From: Lama guanicoe | Lineage: Eukaryota | DNA length: 64,000 nt | Reading direction: 5' to 3' | Assembly: GCA_013239625.1 (NCBI GenBank) | Contig: MU053588.1 | Span: forward strand, 3,810,799-3,874,798 | In this document: positions 11,001-23,060 of the stretch, piece by piece | Layout of the letters: the number at the start of each line of letters is the position of its first letter | Position numbering within the stretch: position 1 is the stretch's first letter | Notes under the pieces: generated by a model | The model's database searches: none | Told to the model about the DNA's origin: nothing | The model's input: the letters and a program-made list of their open reading frames with translations, nothing else | Position numbers and translations under genes: made by a program

Positions 11001-14000
11001 TTCCACAGCAGAGAGCTGGAAAGTGCACTCAAGGAAAAAGCCAGCTTGTCTGTGGAATTCAACTTCTGTGCTTCCCTTATTTCAAAGATTGGAGCACCTC
11101 CACTTCCTTTCTTCATTTGCTGCTCTTGAGTTACTTCAATAATTGTTTATGGGGAGGCAGGGGAGGGTATAGCTCAGTGGTAGAGTGCGTGCTTAGCAGG
11201 CATGAGTTCCTGGGTTCAATCCCCAGTACCTCCGTTAAAAAAAACAAACTAATTACCTCCCCAACCAAAAAAAAATTGTTTATAGTTTGTCCAGGGTTTA
11301 TAGCTGTTATTGGCAAGGGGGTTGGTGTGATACAAGTGACTCCACATGACCAGAACTGCAAACCAACTCCTTACGTCTAATCCATCGCAAAGTCCTGCTT
11401 TGTAAATAGCCCTTAAATCCTTGCACTTCTCTCCATGGGCACAGTGGACACTTTTTTCTTTATCTGGACAACCTCACCTACCTCCAAGTTGGTCCTCTCT
11501 CATTTACCCGCTTTCCATCATTGCTTCCCTGCAATCTACCTTCCACTCAGAGGTCAGAATAATTTGCTCAAAAATACAAACCAGATCTTGGCACACTCTA
11601 CTTAAACCCTTTCATGACCTCCTACTGTTCCCCAGATAAAATCTCTATTTCCCACCACAGCCTAGAAGGTCCTATGTAATGTGACCTCGCCAATTTCATC
11701 AGTTCCTCTTGTCCCATCTTTCCCTTCCTCCAGCCATGCTACTTTCACCCACCTCTGGGCCTCTGTATCTGTTGCTCCCTCCATCTGAAAAATCCTTTCC
11801 CTTGTCTTTTGACCAGTCTGACTCCTACTCATCCCTCAAGATCTAGGTTAGCTGATGCTTCCTGTAGGAAACCTTCCCTGACCTGAATCAAGTATCTCCT
11901 CTAGGGTCCACAGCCCTTACTCTTCACTCATCTCAGCCCTGATCACTTCGGCCTCTGTTTCTCCTATCTCAGCCCTGAACTGTGCTTCCCTGTTACATCT
12001 CTGACCTTTCTGGTCTGTTTCTCTGATCATGGTCCTGACTCCTTTGCCTGTGCTCCCCTATCCCAGCTCTGAATCATCTGGGCAGTCACTGTCTGGTGAT
12101 GAGTCTGTTACCACCACCCTCCCCCCACACACATACCCAAAAACACAGTGGACCATGGGGCCCAAGGCTGCCTTGGTCTTGCTGTGTCCTCAGTATCGCA
12201 TAAGGGCAGGATGCGGTTTAACCAACCTTCTAGTCACCACAAGCAGGGTACGATGGCATTAGAAATGGGGCTGATATAGGTTTATCAGTTGTTAAATTAC
12301 TGAATTAACAGCTGCTGCCCAAGCTCCTTGGTGGACCCTTGACCACACCCAACTCTCTTTAGAACCCACATGTCCCTGAGACCCACACCAGACCCAGCAG
12401 GAGGCTCCAGGGGAGCCTGTTCTGCTTGGTCAATGCCTTCTGCAATGACCAGGACTGTTAAATATTTGGACTATGATCTCTGGTTACAAGTATTACTTAG
12501 ACTCAATGTTAGTGCTTTCCTTCAGCACATCTAACAGGGAGAGGAAGCTGGCATCCTCTCTCTTGTCACTTCCTTGAAAACAAACGTCTGAATCAGTCCC
12601 CATCAACAAATGAAAGTTTGAGGTCAGGATGAATGAGAATCAAACAGAGTCAGGCGGGATGAGGAACAAACAAAACCCCAGCACAGATGAAGTCCCTCCG
12701 CTTACTGACGTCATTGTGACGAGAATGGCTTTCTCACCTATTTCCTTCCTCACTAGGGCCAGAAAGAGGAATCGCAGCCTGACCAGGCAACAAGGGCCCA
12801 TTCTTTCCCCATCCTTCCTCTCTTGTGAGAATTTGGGGACATTTGAGCCTTTTGAAGTCTTTTTCTTAAACTGACCAGAGCCTAAATCCATGAAACAATC
12901 AAAGGCTTTGTGAACTTTCTTGACATCATTTTTCGCCACCCAACTCAAGGATCGTGTATTCCCGGGGACTTCCCAAGCCCACAGCACCCTGTCTGATTCC
13001 CTCCTTTTTTCACTTCCCTTAAGGACTTTCAGTCGCTGGTATCTCTCTGGTCTTTGTATCTTGGTCCCTTCTTAAGGGATCAAGAAACTAAGCACCTACT
13101 GCCTGAACCATCTCCTGCCCCATGAAAAAATTAGATGGCAAAACATCAGTGAGATACCTCACTTACCTTTTGAGTGTATGTATGTGTGTGTGTGTGTAGC
13201 TTCTTAAAGGCAGGTGTTGCCTCTTACGCATAACAACCACACACACACGTAAAACACATATGGGATGGGATAGGATTAGGGATGGAGGTGAGTTTGCAGT
13301 TGGGAGAGGGATTGGGGACAGTCTGAGATGAGGTGGGGTTGATTAGGGGATGGGGTTAGAGATGTGTTTGGAAGGAGGACAGGTATGAGTTGGAGAATGT
13401 TGACAGTAAAATGAAGTTGGGGATGGGATTGGAAGTGAGGTTGAGTTGGGGCCGAGGATGGGGATGGAGCCAGGCTGGAGATGTGTTTGGGATAAGGAAA
13501 GGTTTGAGTTGGAGTTGGTAGTGGGGTAAGGCATGGAGTTGGGGTTGGGGTAGCCTAGGATTGGGGACAGGATCAGGATGATGGTGAGGCTGGGTTGGAG
13601 ATGGTTTGCGGTTGGGGAGGGCCAGGGCTGCCATACTCACTAGGTTTGGGCCGGTTACACAAGTTTGACCCACAGATGGACTCTGTAAGGGTGATGATCT
13701 GCATGTCTATCCGATAGCTCATGGTCCTGTTGGTTTTCTCTGGATGGGCACAGCCTCTCTCCACCACCTCCAGCTCCTCATGTCCTGTGAGGGAAGTCTC
13801 TTTGTCACTCCAGAGGCTCCTCTGGGCCCAACCAGCCTCTGACACTCTTGGTTATAAGGTCACCCACTCCCAGGGCTGACCCCTACCAATCCTCTCCTCT
13901 AGCTTGAGTCCAACTCTGTCTTTTCTAGAGTTATCTACCCTCTCCCTCACCCCTCTACACTGGGAGCCTACTTTCTCTTAGTGACAACCCTATCCCTGGG

Positions 14001-16688
14001 ACCTTCACGATCCATCAACTCCTCCCTTCCAACTTGGTTAACTTAGCCGGGAGATGCCTCAAATAGGAATCTTTAAAGGAAAATGCTTCAAGCTTACCAA
14101 AAAGTATTAAAGAATGATATAATAAATATTGTGCATTCATCATCAAACTTTATAAAATATTATCATTTTGCTTATATTTATTTCAGATTTTTTTAAAACA
14201 AGATACCAAATTTAAAAGATACTTAAAGCCTCCTGCTTACTTCCCCAAATCCCATTCCCCTTATGCCCTGTCCAGAGGTGTAGGTAATTCTCATACCATG
14301 TATACTTAACAGTATATACTATTGTTTATTTGTATATTGTTTACTTTTTTTTGCTCTATACTATTTATATTAAAAGATATCAGATTCTGCAACATGCTTT
14401 TTTCTCTCTCAACTTTGTTTTTGGGAAGTATCTATGTTTAACCTGCAGCCCTAGTTCCTTCATTTAAGCTGCTGTGGGTATAAAATGTGTGATTATACCG
14501 TCATGTTTCTCCTCTGCTAACGCCTGACTTCAGGGTGTCTCCAGTTTTCCATATCACAAACATTATTGCTAAAAAACATTCTTATACATGTGTCTCTGGT
14601 CACGAGTGGCCAAGGTGCTTGAGGTCTCTATATTCCTAGCAGTCCAGCAGCTGGCTGTAGGGTATGCTAATCTTTATCTGTACCAGACATTGCCACATCG
14701 CTCTGTTTGGTGGATGCACCAGTTTACCCTCCTAATAGCAGGGTTGGCAGCACCACATCCTCATCGACCTCAGTATTGTCAGATTTTTAAGTGCTTGTCG
14801 ATCTGGTGTGCGTGAAACGGGTCTCCTTGTCCTTTTCATGAGCATTTCCCTGATTACTTGTGAGGTAAGATTTCTTGGTCACTCGGCATTCTCTGCCACG
14901 CTGGAGTCGGGGAGCTCACCTTCCCGTATGCGCAGGACTGTGGTCCTGCAGAGGTCCTGGCCGGGGGAACACTCTTCCACCCTGCAATTCCCGTTGCTTT
15001 TACACAGCATGCACTGCAGGCCCCAGGAGGCTGGGGCAGAGAGAGGAGAGGAGAGGACAGGTGTTATTGCTCCGCACCAGGATCCGCCTCTCGCCCCCTG
15101 GAGCCCCGATACCAGCACCAGGCCTCCAGGCCCTGTGCACTCAGGTTCACACTCCACTTCTGCCCGCCCTTCGGTTCCTAGGCTGGGTTCCCGCGGGCTG
15201 TAATTCCAGTCTATCTTTAGACCAACGTTCTATCTCCGCCTTCTACCCTACTGTTCCTTCGCGGCCCACAGGTCCTTCCTACTTCCTGCCCCTGCACGTT
15301 TTCCCCGTGATCCTGTCTGCGCGCAGGACCTATCCCGAAAGGCCGATCCCCACCATCTCTGCAGGTCTGGACGTTTTAGCCCTGCTCCCATTTAGGTCCT
15401 TTTCGCAACCCCACCTGCCCTCTCTCGGTCTATTCCGCCTCGTGAGCTCCCCTCGGGGTGTCCTATCCTCACCTACTCCAGTCGATCTTTACCTTCTACC
15501 CTCGTTCCCGGTGCCCCCCGCTAATGCCCACAGGTTCTACTCCCCTTGGTGGCCTCCCCTCAACGTTCTGTCGCCACCCAGTAGTTCGCGCCAAACTTCT
15601 AACTCCGCCCATGAGCCCTGCGGAGATTCTAACCCCAACTAAAGTGGCGTCCTCAGCAGTGTTCGCCCCGCCCACTAGCTGTTCCCGAGCTATTAGCCCT
15701 GCCCATTGGCTCCACGCCAATATTCTGACCCCGCCCACTATCTCCGCCCCAGTGCTATAGCCCCGCCCACTAGCCCTGTCCCAAGGCCTTTTCCTGCGCA
15801 CCAGAGCTCCTCCGTGGTCCCTTCCCCACTCCAAATTCAGAGTCCTCCCGAGTCATTACTCGTTCTTGGCCTCCCGCGGCCCGGAAAGTTTTCCGAGTTA
15901 TTCATTACCCAACCACCCAGCCCCTTCCCCCACCTCCCGCCCCGCCCTGACAGTTCCTTCTCTATTTCCTTTCGTTTTTCAAACCTTTTTACATTTTCCA
16001 GAGAAAGGGAGTGAGAGGGCCATGTCGGCTAGAGGACAATGTAAAGGAAGGCTCCTCGAAGGACAAGGCTTGGGTCCCCGGAGCCTGGCTCTGCCACGTT
16101 CAGCCTGACTCTCGTTAGCCCTTTTGTATAAGGAGCTCTGTCTTCCAAGTGTGTCTGCGTGTCCGTGTGTGTGTTGGTGAGGGGTGGTGGGTCGGAATCA
16201 GACATAGTGAGGAGCGATGTGGGAGCCTCTGCGGAGTCAGAATCCCACTTACTCAGTGACCTCGGGTCACTTAGTTCACCTCTCTGTGCCTCCGTTTCCT
16301 TCTCTGTGAGCTAAATTGTTCCGCCTGCCCAGTTCGAAATTGCAAGGAAGGCGCTTAGGAGAGTGCCTAGAATAAAGAGTGCACTCATTAAATCGTGGTT
16401 GTTAAGTGCCTTCACTCAACTATTACTTAAAGAATGTCTGCTATGTGCCAAGTGCTGTATCGTGTGGGGCTGCAGACAGCAGGAGAATTATTTGAGTTGG
16501 AGGAAAGGGGGCCTGGAGACTGCGCCCTTCTCCAACTCATCAGACTCTGAGCTCTCCTCCCCTCCCCTCCCCACTCCCTTCCGGGCCATCGGACCCCGTC
16601 CCCTGGGACTCGGGCCCCACCCCCTACCTGGAATGCTGGTCTGAAATGACAACAGCAGCAGCGGCAGCAGCAGCAGCGGGCGGCCCAT
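4811..16688 (-). CDS. PLAUR: Urokinase plasminogen activator surface receptor (uPAR/CD87); 7 coding exons: join(16628-16688,14920-15030,13641-13784,7865-8017,7159-7293,5955-6101,4811-5064), 1005 nt, 334 aa
   Basis: All introns are GT-AG and phase 1. The spliced ORF is open: [41 protein letters not shown]...three LU domains...[23 protein letters not shown]. It closely matches the known uPAR sequence, with a signal peptide and GPI signal. Confidence 0.98.
5955..6101 (-). CDS. PLAUR: PLAUR exon 6 (D3, first half)
   Basis: [49 protein letters not shown]; 147 nt. Confidence 0.97.
6350..6500 (-). mobile_element. MER3-like hAT-Charlie MITE
   Basis: CTGTCCAATATGATAGCCACCAGCC...TATTGGACAG...GTTCTGTTGGACAG internal inverted motifs. 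Confidence 0.65.
7159..7293 (-). CDS. PLAUR: PLAUR exon 5 (D2, second half)
   Basis: [45 protein letters not shown]; 135 nt. Confidence 0.96.
7865..8017 (-). CDS. PLAUR: PLAUR exon 4 (linker and D2 first half)
   Basis: [51 protein letters not shown]; 153 nt; translated by hand, not in the ORF track. Confidence 0.96.
8957..9122 (+). mobile_element. tRNA-Ala-derived SINE
   Basis: Full head and tail; TSD AATAGAGCT at 8946-8954 and 9123-9131. Confidence 0.9.
11160..11275 (+). mobile_element. tRNA-Ala-derived SINE
   Basis: Full head, CTAATTACCTCCCC spacer, poly-A; ATTGTTTAT on both flanks. Confidence 0.9.
13641..13784 (-). CDS. PLAUR: PLAUR exon 3 (D1, second half)
   Basis: [48 protein letters not shown]; 144 nt. 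Confidence 0.97.
14920..15030 (-). CDS. PLAUR: PLAUR exon 2 (D1, first half)
   Basis: [37 protein letters not shown]; 111 nt, AG/GT flanks. Confidence 0.97.
16628..16688 (-). CDS. PLAUR: PLAUR coding exon 1 (signal peptide)
   Basis: ATG at 16688-16686, [20 protein letters not shown], donor CAG|GTAGGG. Confidence 0.95.
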
Positions 16689-16759
16689 GTCCGGCGGCCG
16701 CTCCTCTCCGTGGTCTCCCGGCACCTCTCAGTCTGGCCCCACGAAGGAGACAGTTTTGT

Positions 16760-16920
16760 GGCCCTGAGGGCTCCTCCCAGAAATTTTGCGAAAGAACGAG
16801 TCAGCCCCAGATGTGTGGGTTATCGTGCACCCTCCCTTCTTCCTCAAAAACTTCCTTCTCAGGGTGCGGCCAGCCTGGAGTGGCGGGGGGGGGCGGCTCC
16901 TCTCTGACTCATATTGGCCG
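16760..16920 (-). promoter_or_regulatory. PLAUR: TATA-less PLAUR proximal promoter
   Basis: Perfect AP-1 TGACTCA at 16905-16911; AP-1-like TGACTCG (minus) at 16797-16803; GC boxes at about 16882-16896; kB-like GGGAGGAGCCC (minus) at 16768-16778. This is the same motif order as the described human uPAR promoter. Confidence 0.75.
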
Positions 16921-18904
16921 TGGTCACCTCTGTCATAGACTGCCTGGGTGCAAATTTTCAGTTCTGTCTTCCTGCTATGGGCAAGGGACCTCAGCCCTCG
17001 GATTAAAACTCTTCCCCACTAGAAATTTGTGACTGATTATTATATCATATAGGGCTTTCGTTAGTTTCGTCAGGAGGGATAATGGTATTGTGGTTGTGTG
17101 GGAAAATGTCTTTATCCTTTAGACGCTGAAATATTTGGGGATGAAATAATATAATGGCTCCAGTTTACCTTAAAACACTTTAGCCAAAAAATAGATATTG
17201 CTGTTATGATGGTTTTGTGGTTATGCAGGGAAATTTTTCGTATTTTTTACAGATGCTCATTGAAATATTTAGAGGTTGAATGTCATTGATGTCTGCCTTT
17301 CCCTTAAAACACTTTAGGAAAAAAGAAAGGCAAAATAGCAAAATATCTGTATCAATTTTATCAAAGTAACTTACCTGTCTCCTCTGTGTTTGTAAAGATT
17401 CAGAATAAGCTTTTTAACAAGGAAAATGAAGTGCAAACAATAGAATAGTCTATCCCTCTCAAGATGCTTCTAATCAGTCAGAGCAATTTAGTGCAGTTGA
17501 ATTAAATGCCTGAAACAGTCACTGGCCCATATGGAGGGCTCAACAGATTCTTTCAACATTTACTGAGGACCTGCCAGGCACAGGTCCAGGAGCTGGGAAC
17601 ACAGCAGGAAACAAAATCCCTGCCCTTGTGACTGTGACAGTAGGGAGTAAATACCCGTTGTGTAATCTATCACTGTCAGGCAGTGATAAGTAAAATGCAG
17701 AAAAACAAACCAGATTGAAGTTACTGCAAGGGTACAAGTGAGGCGAGGTTGGTTTTAAGCCAAGTGATCCAGGAGGGCTTTCCTGAAGAGGTGGCATTTG
17801 AGCAGAGACTGAATGTAGTGAGGGAAGAAGTCAGACAGATGGTCCAGGGAGAGTTCTAGGGAGAGGAAATAGCCAGTACCAAGGCCCTGACATGGAGTGG
17901 ACCTGATGAGATCTAGGGACAGCAGAGAGGCCAGTGTGACTGCAACAGAATCAGGAGGGACACAGTGGTAGGCAGTGAATAAGCAATAGCTCTGTCTACA
18001 CTATGGTAATGATTATACAACTGTGATTCTTACTAATTCATCAAAGCCTTAAGGTAATCATTTTAAGATAAAGTGAGAAAAATCCCAAAGAAATTCTCTC
18101 TTCTAAGAGGCAGTATAGCTTAGTGGTTAAGAGTGTGGGGGTTGGGACCAGACTGTGAGGGTTCAAATTTCAGCTACTCATTAGCTGTGTGGCCTTGGGC
18201 AGGTTACTTAACCTCTCTGTGCCTCAAGTCCATTATCTGGAAAGGAAAACTCAGTACCTCCCTCCCAGGGCTGTTGGGCTAGGGACATAAAAGAGGCGCC
18301 TGCCACATAGTACGTGCTCAATTTAAAAAATCATCGTCACTATTATTGTTGCGCCCGACGCTAGACTCTGGCCCTGCAGTTCCTCTCTGGGGGATGTGCA
18401 GGGAAGTGAGAAGTCATAGTCTGAGGATGGCAGTTGTCATGCTGACCCCCTAGCTGGATCACCCTATATCAACAGATACCCTCCTTCTCGAGCTTCAGTT
18501 TCCTCATGTGGAAAATGGGACCCCTCCCGGGACTGGCATGAAGACTGAAGGGGATGTTAATGCATATGAGGTGGGGGGAGAGAAAGATGGGGTGTTGGTC
18601 CAGGTGGATTGAGACTCAGCTCACCCACTTGCTCCTGGGGGGCCTTGGGCGGGTGGCTTCACTCCCTGGATCCTGCCTTTTTCCAGCTATGAAATGGGTC
18701 TAGGGTGGGTGGTGGTGTCTCTCAGTGGAAGGTAAGTTCAGGTCTGGAGACACACGGAGCTGTGTGGTCTGGCACTAACCACTTTCGGGCAGGATGACCT
18801 CACTGCTCTGGGCCACAATTTCCTTCCTTGTTGAGAGAATGATAGCTCTGTCTGGGAGCCCTCCCATCTCTACCCAGGCTGCTCTGGTCTCCCAAAATCC
18901 GTCC

Positions 18905-19550
18905 ATCTGTCTCCCTGTCTGTGTCTGTCTGTCTTTTTTCCCTCTCTGTTTTGATCTTTTTCTTTGTCTCTGTCTTGCCTTGTCTCTCTCCATCCCTGTC
19001 TCTCGTTCTGACTCTGTCCCACTCCCTCTCTGTCCCTCTATCTCTGTATCTTTGTTTCTTCTTTCCGTCTCTTTCTGTCTCTCTGTCCATGTCTCTCTCT
19101 GACTCGTTCTCTCTCTCACACACACACAAGTGACACACACTTGTGAGGCCCAGTGACGTGTTACAGGAGGGCGCAGGCAGGAGGCTGGGCCGTGCTTCAT
19201 CCCAGAAAAGCGGCAGGAACGTCCCTCCTCCTCGTGACTCACCTGGGCCTCACCTGGCTCCTACCTGTCTGCTGGGTCCCCAGGGAGGCCCCCAGGTTTC
19301 GGGGGCTTCCCGGGGCTGAGGAGAGGAGACTCTGGTGTAGAGACAAAGAGGGAGAGAGATCAAGAGAAACAGAGACACAGACAGAGGGAGACAGGAAAGG
19401 AGAGATAGTGAGAGAGTAAGAGGCCAAAGATGGACAGATAGGGGACATCAGAGAGGGACAGAGACAGAGACTGAGAAAACAGCAACTGAGAGCTGAGGAC
19501 AGAGACAGCAAGAAATAGGACAGAGACACACACACACACACACACATTGA
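18905..19550. repeat. CT-rich tract (18905-19130) and GA-rich tract (19320-19550) flanking a 190-bp unique core
   Basis: Directly visible low-complexity tracts of opposite strand polarity. Confidence 0.85.
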
Positions 19551-20051
19551 CAGATGGAGTTATCGAGAATGACCTCCACTTGCCTTCAAAGAAAGAAAAG
19601 CAAAGACAGAGACTGACGGATACCATGCGCATGCAGGCTCATCTAGGACCCCCTCAGCCTCTTGCCACCTGCCTGAGGAAGTGACCATCTCTGTCCTGGG
19701 CTGATTGTGGAGGCAGGTCTGTGGCCATTGCCTCCCTAACTCCAGGAGGCATGACAGGCAACACTCATGAGCTTTCCCATCCTGGCCTGACCACCTCCTA
19801 AATGGGGGGCATCTCAGCTTGGGGCCTCAGTTTTCCTCTGTAAAAGTGGGGGACAGAAGAGGAATCACCCTCGGGATTGGCAGAGCCAGGAAACCCCTGA
19901 GGTCCACACCCTTCTTCCTCCACTTTCCAGACAGAGAAACTGAGACCTGAAGGGGGACTTAATCTATTTATTATTTAGCCAATTTTTAAAATTGAAGTAT
20001 AGTTGATTTACAACCTTGTGTTAGTTTTTGGTGTACAGCAAAGTGATTCAG

Positions 20052-20090
<39 letters not shown>

Positions 20091-20172
20091 TATTCTTTTT
20101 CATTATAACTTATTACAAGATATTGAATAAAGTTCCTTGTCCTGTATTGTAGGAACTTGTTGCTTATCTGTT

Positions 20173-20240
20173 TCTTTTTTAAATGGAGATACTGGGGATT
20201 GAACCTGGGACCTCGTACATGCTAAGCATGAGCTCTACTG
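20173..20240 (-). mobile_element. tRNA-Ala-derived SINE (partial)
   Basis: Reverse-complement head TACTGGGGATTGAACC...GCTAAGCATGAGCTCTAC. Confidence 0.75.
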
Positions 20241-20934
20241 ACAAAAGGTAAGAAGACCATTGTTCCCCTACAGCCTCCGGAGGGAGGGCTCTGTCAACCC
20301 CTGGATTTTGGCCCTTTAAATCATTTCAGATTTCTGAACTCCGGTGCTATAAGAGAATACATTTTTTGTGGCTTTAAGACACTAAGCTGGTGGTAATTTA
20401 TCATAGCAACAATAGCAAACGAATACAGGAGGTTAAGCCACTTGCCTACAATGACTTGTAAGTATAGAGTCAGGATTTGGACCCAAGCAGTCTGGCTCTG
20501 CCGCCAGCGATCATAACCACCATGCTGAGTGTCGCTGCCCCAGGCAGACAAGAACCAGGAGCTAGAAGCCCCCATCTCTTTCCATCCCGTCCTCCACCAG
20601 GCCTCTTTGCCATGCTTCCCACTGGCTTCATGGGGTTGGGGTGACCTGGGAATAAGAGGGAATCTAGAGGGAAAAAAATGTGCTGAGTTTGTGCAGAAAA
20701 GAAAGATTCTCCTGCCTCCAGCACGTTGCAGTTCGAGTTCCACTGCTTAGCTGCCATAGCAGAAATAACCATTGCAATCCAGGGGCCAATGCTGCTCATG
20801 GGTAAAGAGCTCCTATTAGGGGTTAAACTGTGTGCCCACCCCCCCCCCTGCCAGGAAAGGAGGGAAGGAAGGAAGGGAGGAAGGAAAAAAGAAAGAAAGA
20901 AAGAAGGAAGGAAAGAAAGATGTTGAAATCATAA

Positions 20935-21335
20935 CTCCAAGTACTCAGAAAGTGACCTTATTTGGAAACAGGTTTGTTGCTGATGTAATTAGTCAAGATG
21001 AGGTCATAGCAGAGTGAGGTGGGCCCCTAATCCAATATGACCAGTGTCTTTATAAGAAGACAGACACTGAAGACAGAGACACAGGGAGAAGGCCATGTGA
21101 TGGTGAAAGCAGAGGTTGGAGTTATGAGCTGCCAGCCCAAGGCAGCCAGAAAATCACCAGAAGCTAGCAAGGGGCCAGAGAGGATCCCTGTGTTTCAGAG
21201 AGAGCTCAGTCCTGCCAACACCTTGACTTTGGACTTCCAGCCTCCAGATCGTGAGACAATATATTTCTGTTGTTTTAAGCTCCCCCCACCCCCGCCTTGG
21301 TGGTACTTTGCTGTGGCAGCCACTGAAAATGAATA
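20935..21335 (+). mobile_element. MaLR (MLT1-type) LTR
   Basis: GTGACCTTATTTGGAAA...GCCAACACCTTGACTTTGGACTTCCAGCCTCCAG...TTCTGTTGTTTTAAG. Confidence 0.7.
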
Positions 21336-21409
21336 CAGATTCAATGAACTAATAGAAAAATTAGGAAAAAGGGGAAGCACAATGGCTCTTATAGAAATGA
21401 AACTGGAAA

Positions 21410-21500
21410 GGGGGGAAGGTATAGCTCAGTGGTAGAGCGTCTGCTTAGTATGCATGAGGTCCTAGGTTCAATCCCCAATACTTCCATTTAAAAAAAAAAA
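21410..21500 (+). mobile_element. tRNA-Ala-derived SINE
   Basis: Head plus poly-A. Confidence 0.85.
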
Positions 21501-22970
21501 TTGACACTAAAATACCTTTTGCGTTAGCTGGCTTTTGCTGTTATACCACCCCAAAATTTAGTGGCTTGAAACAACAAAAATTATGCCTTATGCCTTAAGA
21601 TTGTGTGGGTTGGCTGGGCCCATCTCGGTCCAGGCTGGCTCGGCTAGGCCTGGTTAGTCTTGGATGGCTTCACTTGTAGGTCATCGGCTGGAGTGGCTGG
21701 GGTGCCCAGAACCCTTCCCATCCTCCGGGAGGTAAGCTTGTTCACATAGTGGCAAAATAGGTTCTCAGGAGCAAGAAAGTGATAACAAAAGCTGCAAATT
21801 CCCCTTAGGCTGAGGCTCAGAACTCACACAACATTATTTCTGCCACATTCTATTGGTCGAAGAGAGCTCCAAGGCTGACTCAAAGTTGAGGAGAAGGAAA
21901 GAGATTCAACTCTTGATGGAAAGGGATGCACAGAATTCATGGCCACTAGCATCTTACCACGCCCCTTTCACCTACAGACTGGCAAAACTAAAACAGTCAG
22001 ATGATGCACAGAGTTGGAGAAGCTGGGTGGAAATAGACACTCCCACACGCAGCTGGTGAGAGTGTAAATTGTTACAAACCCACGGATGGTCATTTTGCAA
22101 TTGCTCTCAAAATTACAAAAGTAGAAAATTCTTTTGATGTTGCAAAACCACTCACCTCTTCTGGAAACTTGGTACACATGTTCTTCACTGCAAAGGAAAT
22201 TGTAATACTGAGCCATAGGAAAATACCTGGCTGTACAAGAGGGACTTTTATCCAATGGGAAAAAGAAAGAGGAAATTGTGTAATTCAGATTACATGATGG
22301 TCAGGTCGAACAATCCAAGGGCAGAACAGTGTGTATGACATACCACTGTTTGTAGGTAAAAGGCAGCTGGGGAGGGGATGCCCAGCCCTTATTTGTTAGG
22401 AAGCGCATTAATTAAAGAACTCTTTTGATATCCCCTCACCTGCAGGTTCCAAATTAAGGGCAGGAAAATGTTGCTTCTCTGCCTCCCTGCCCTTCACACT
22501 CTTCACTCCAAAATCCTCATATTTGTGCAGCTTGTTGCCTGTTTACCCAGACCGAGTTATCAGCTAACCTTTGAGGAGACTGGCTTCTGGTCACAAAGCC
22601 TCCAAAGCACCAGGAGCCACTCCCTCCTCACCTACTCCAGCCTCCCTGGGGACTGTTCTCCCTTCTTCCCACTGCCTGAACCAAGGCGCTCGGGATTCAC
22701 CTGGGAAGGAGGTGGGCTTCCTCCCCAAATTTGCCCCTGCCTCAGCACCCCATCAAGAGGAGCTGCCTCCAGGTTCCTGTCTCTCCCTTAGGACCGGCAC
22801 CTTTCAAAGATTGCTCCTTGACTACACACCCTGATTGAGGGCCCTGCCCCAGCACTTGGGAAGCCTGACAAGCCTGCAGAGTGCCTTTGGACTGGTCTTT
22901 TCTCTTAGTTGAGACCTCTCCTCTGAGCCAAGGGGAGAGGCCAATTCCAGCCTTGCCAGGCCCACTGCTA

Positions 22971-23060
22971 GATGATGATGGTGGTGATGGTGGTGATGAT
23001 GGTGGTGACAGTGATGAAGGTGATGGTGATGGTGGCGATGGTGGTGATGGTGATGGTGAT
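22971..23060. repeat. (GAT/GGT)n trinucleotide microsatellite
   Basis: gatgatgatggtggtgatggtggtgatgat... Confidence 0.9.

Noticed and set aside
14875..15642. 255-aa plus-strand ORF
   Set aside because: Antisense to PLAUR exon 2/intron 1 in GC-rich sequence; Pro/Ser-rich with no recognisable domain.
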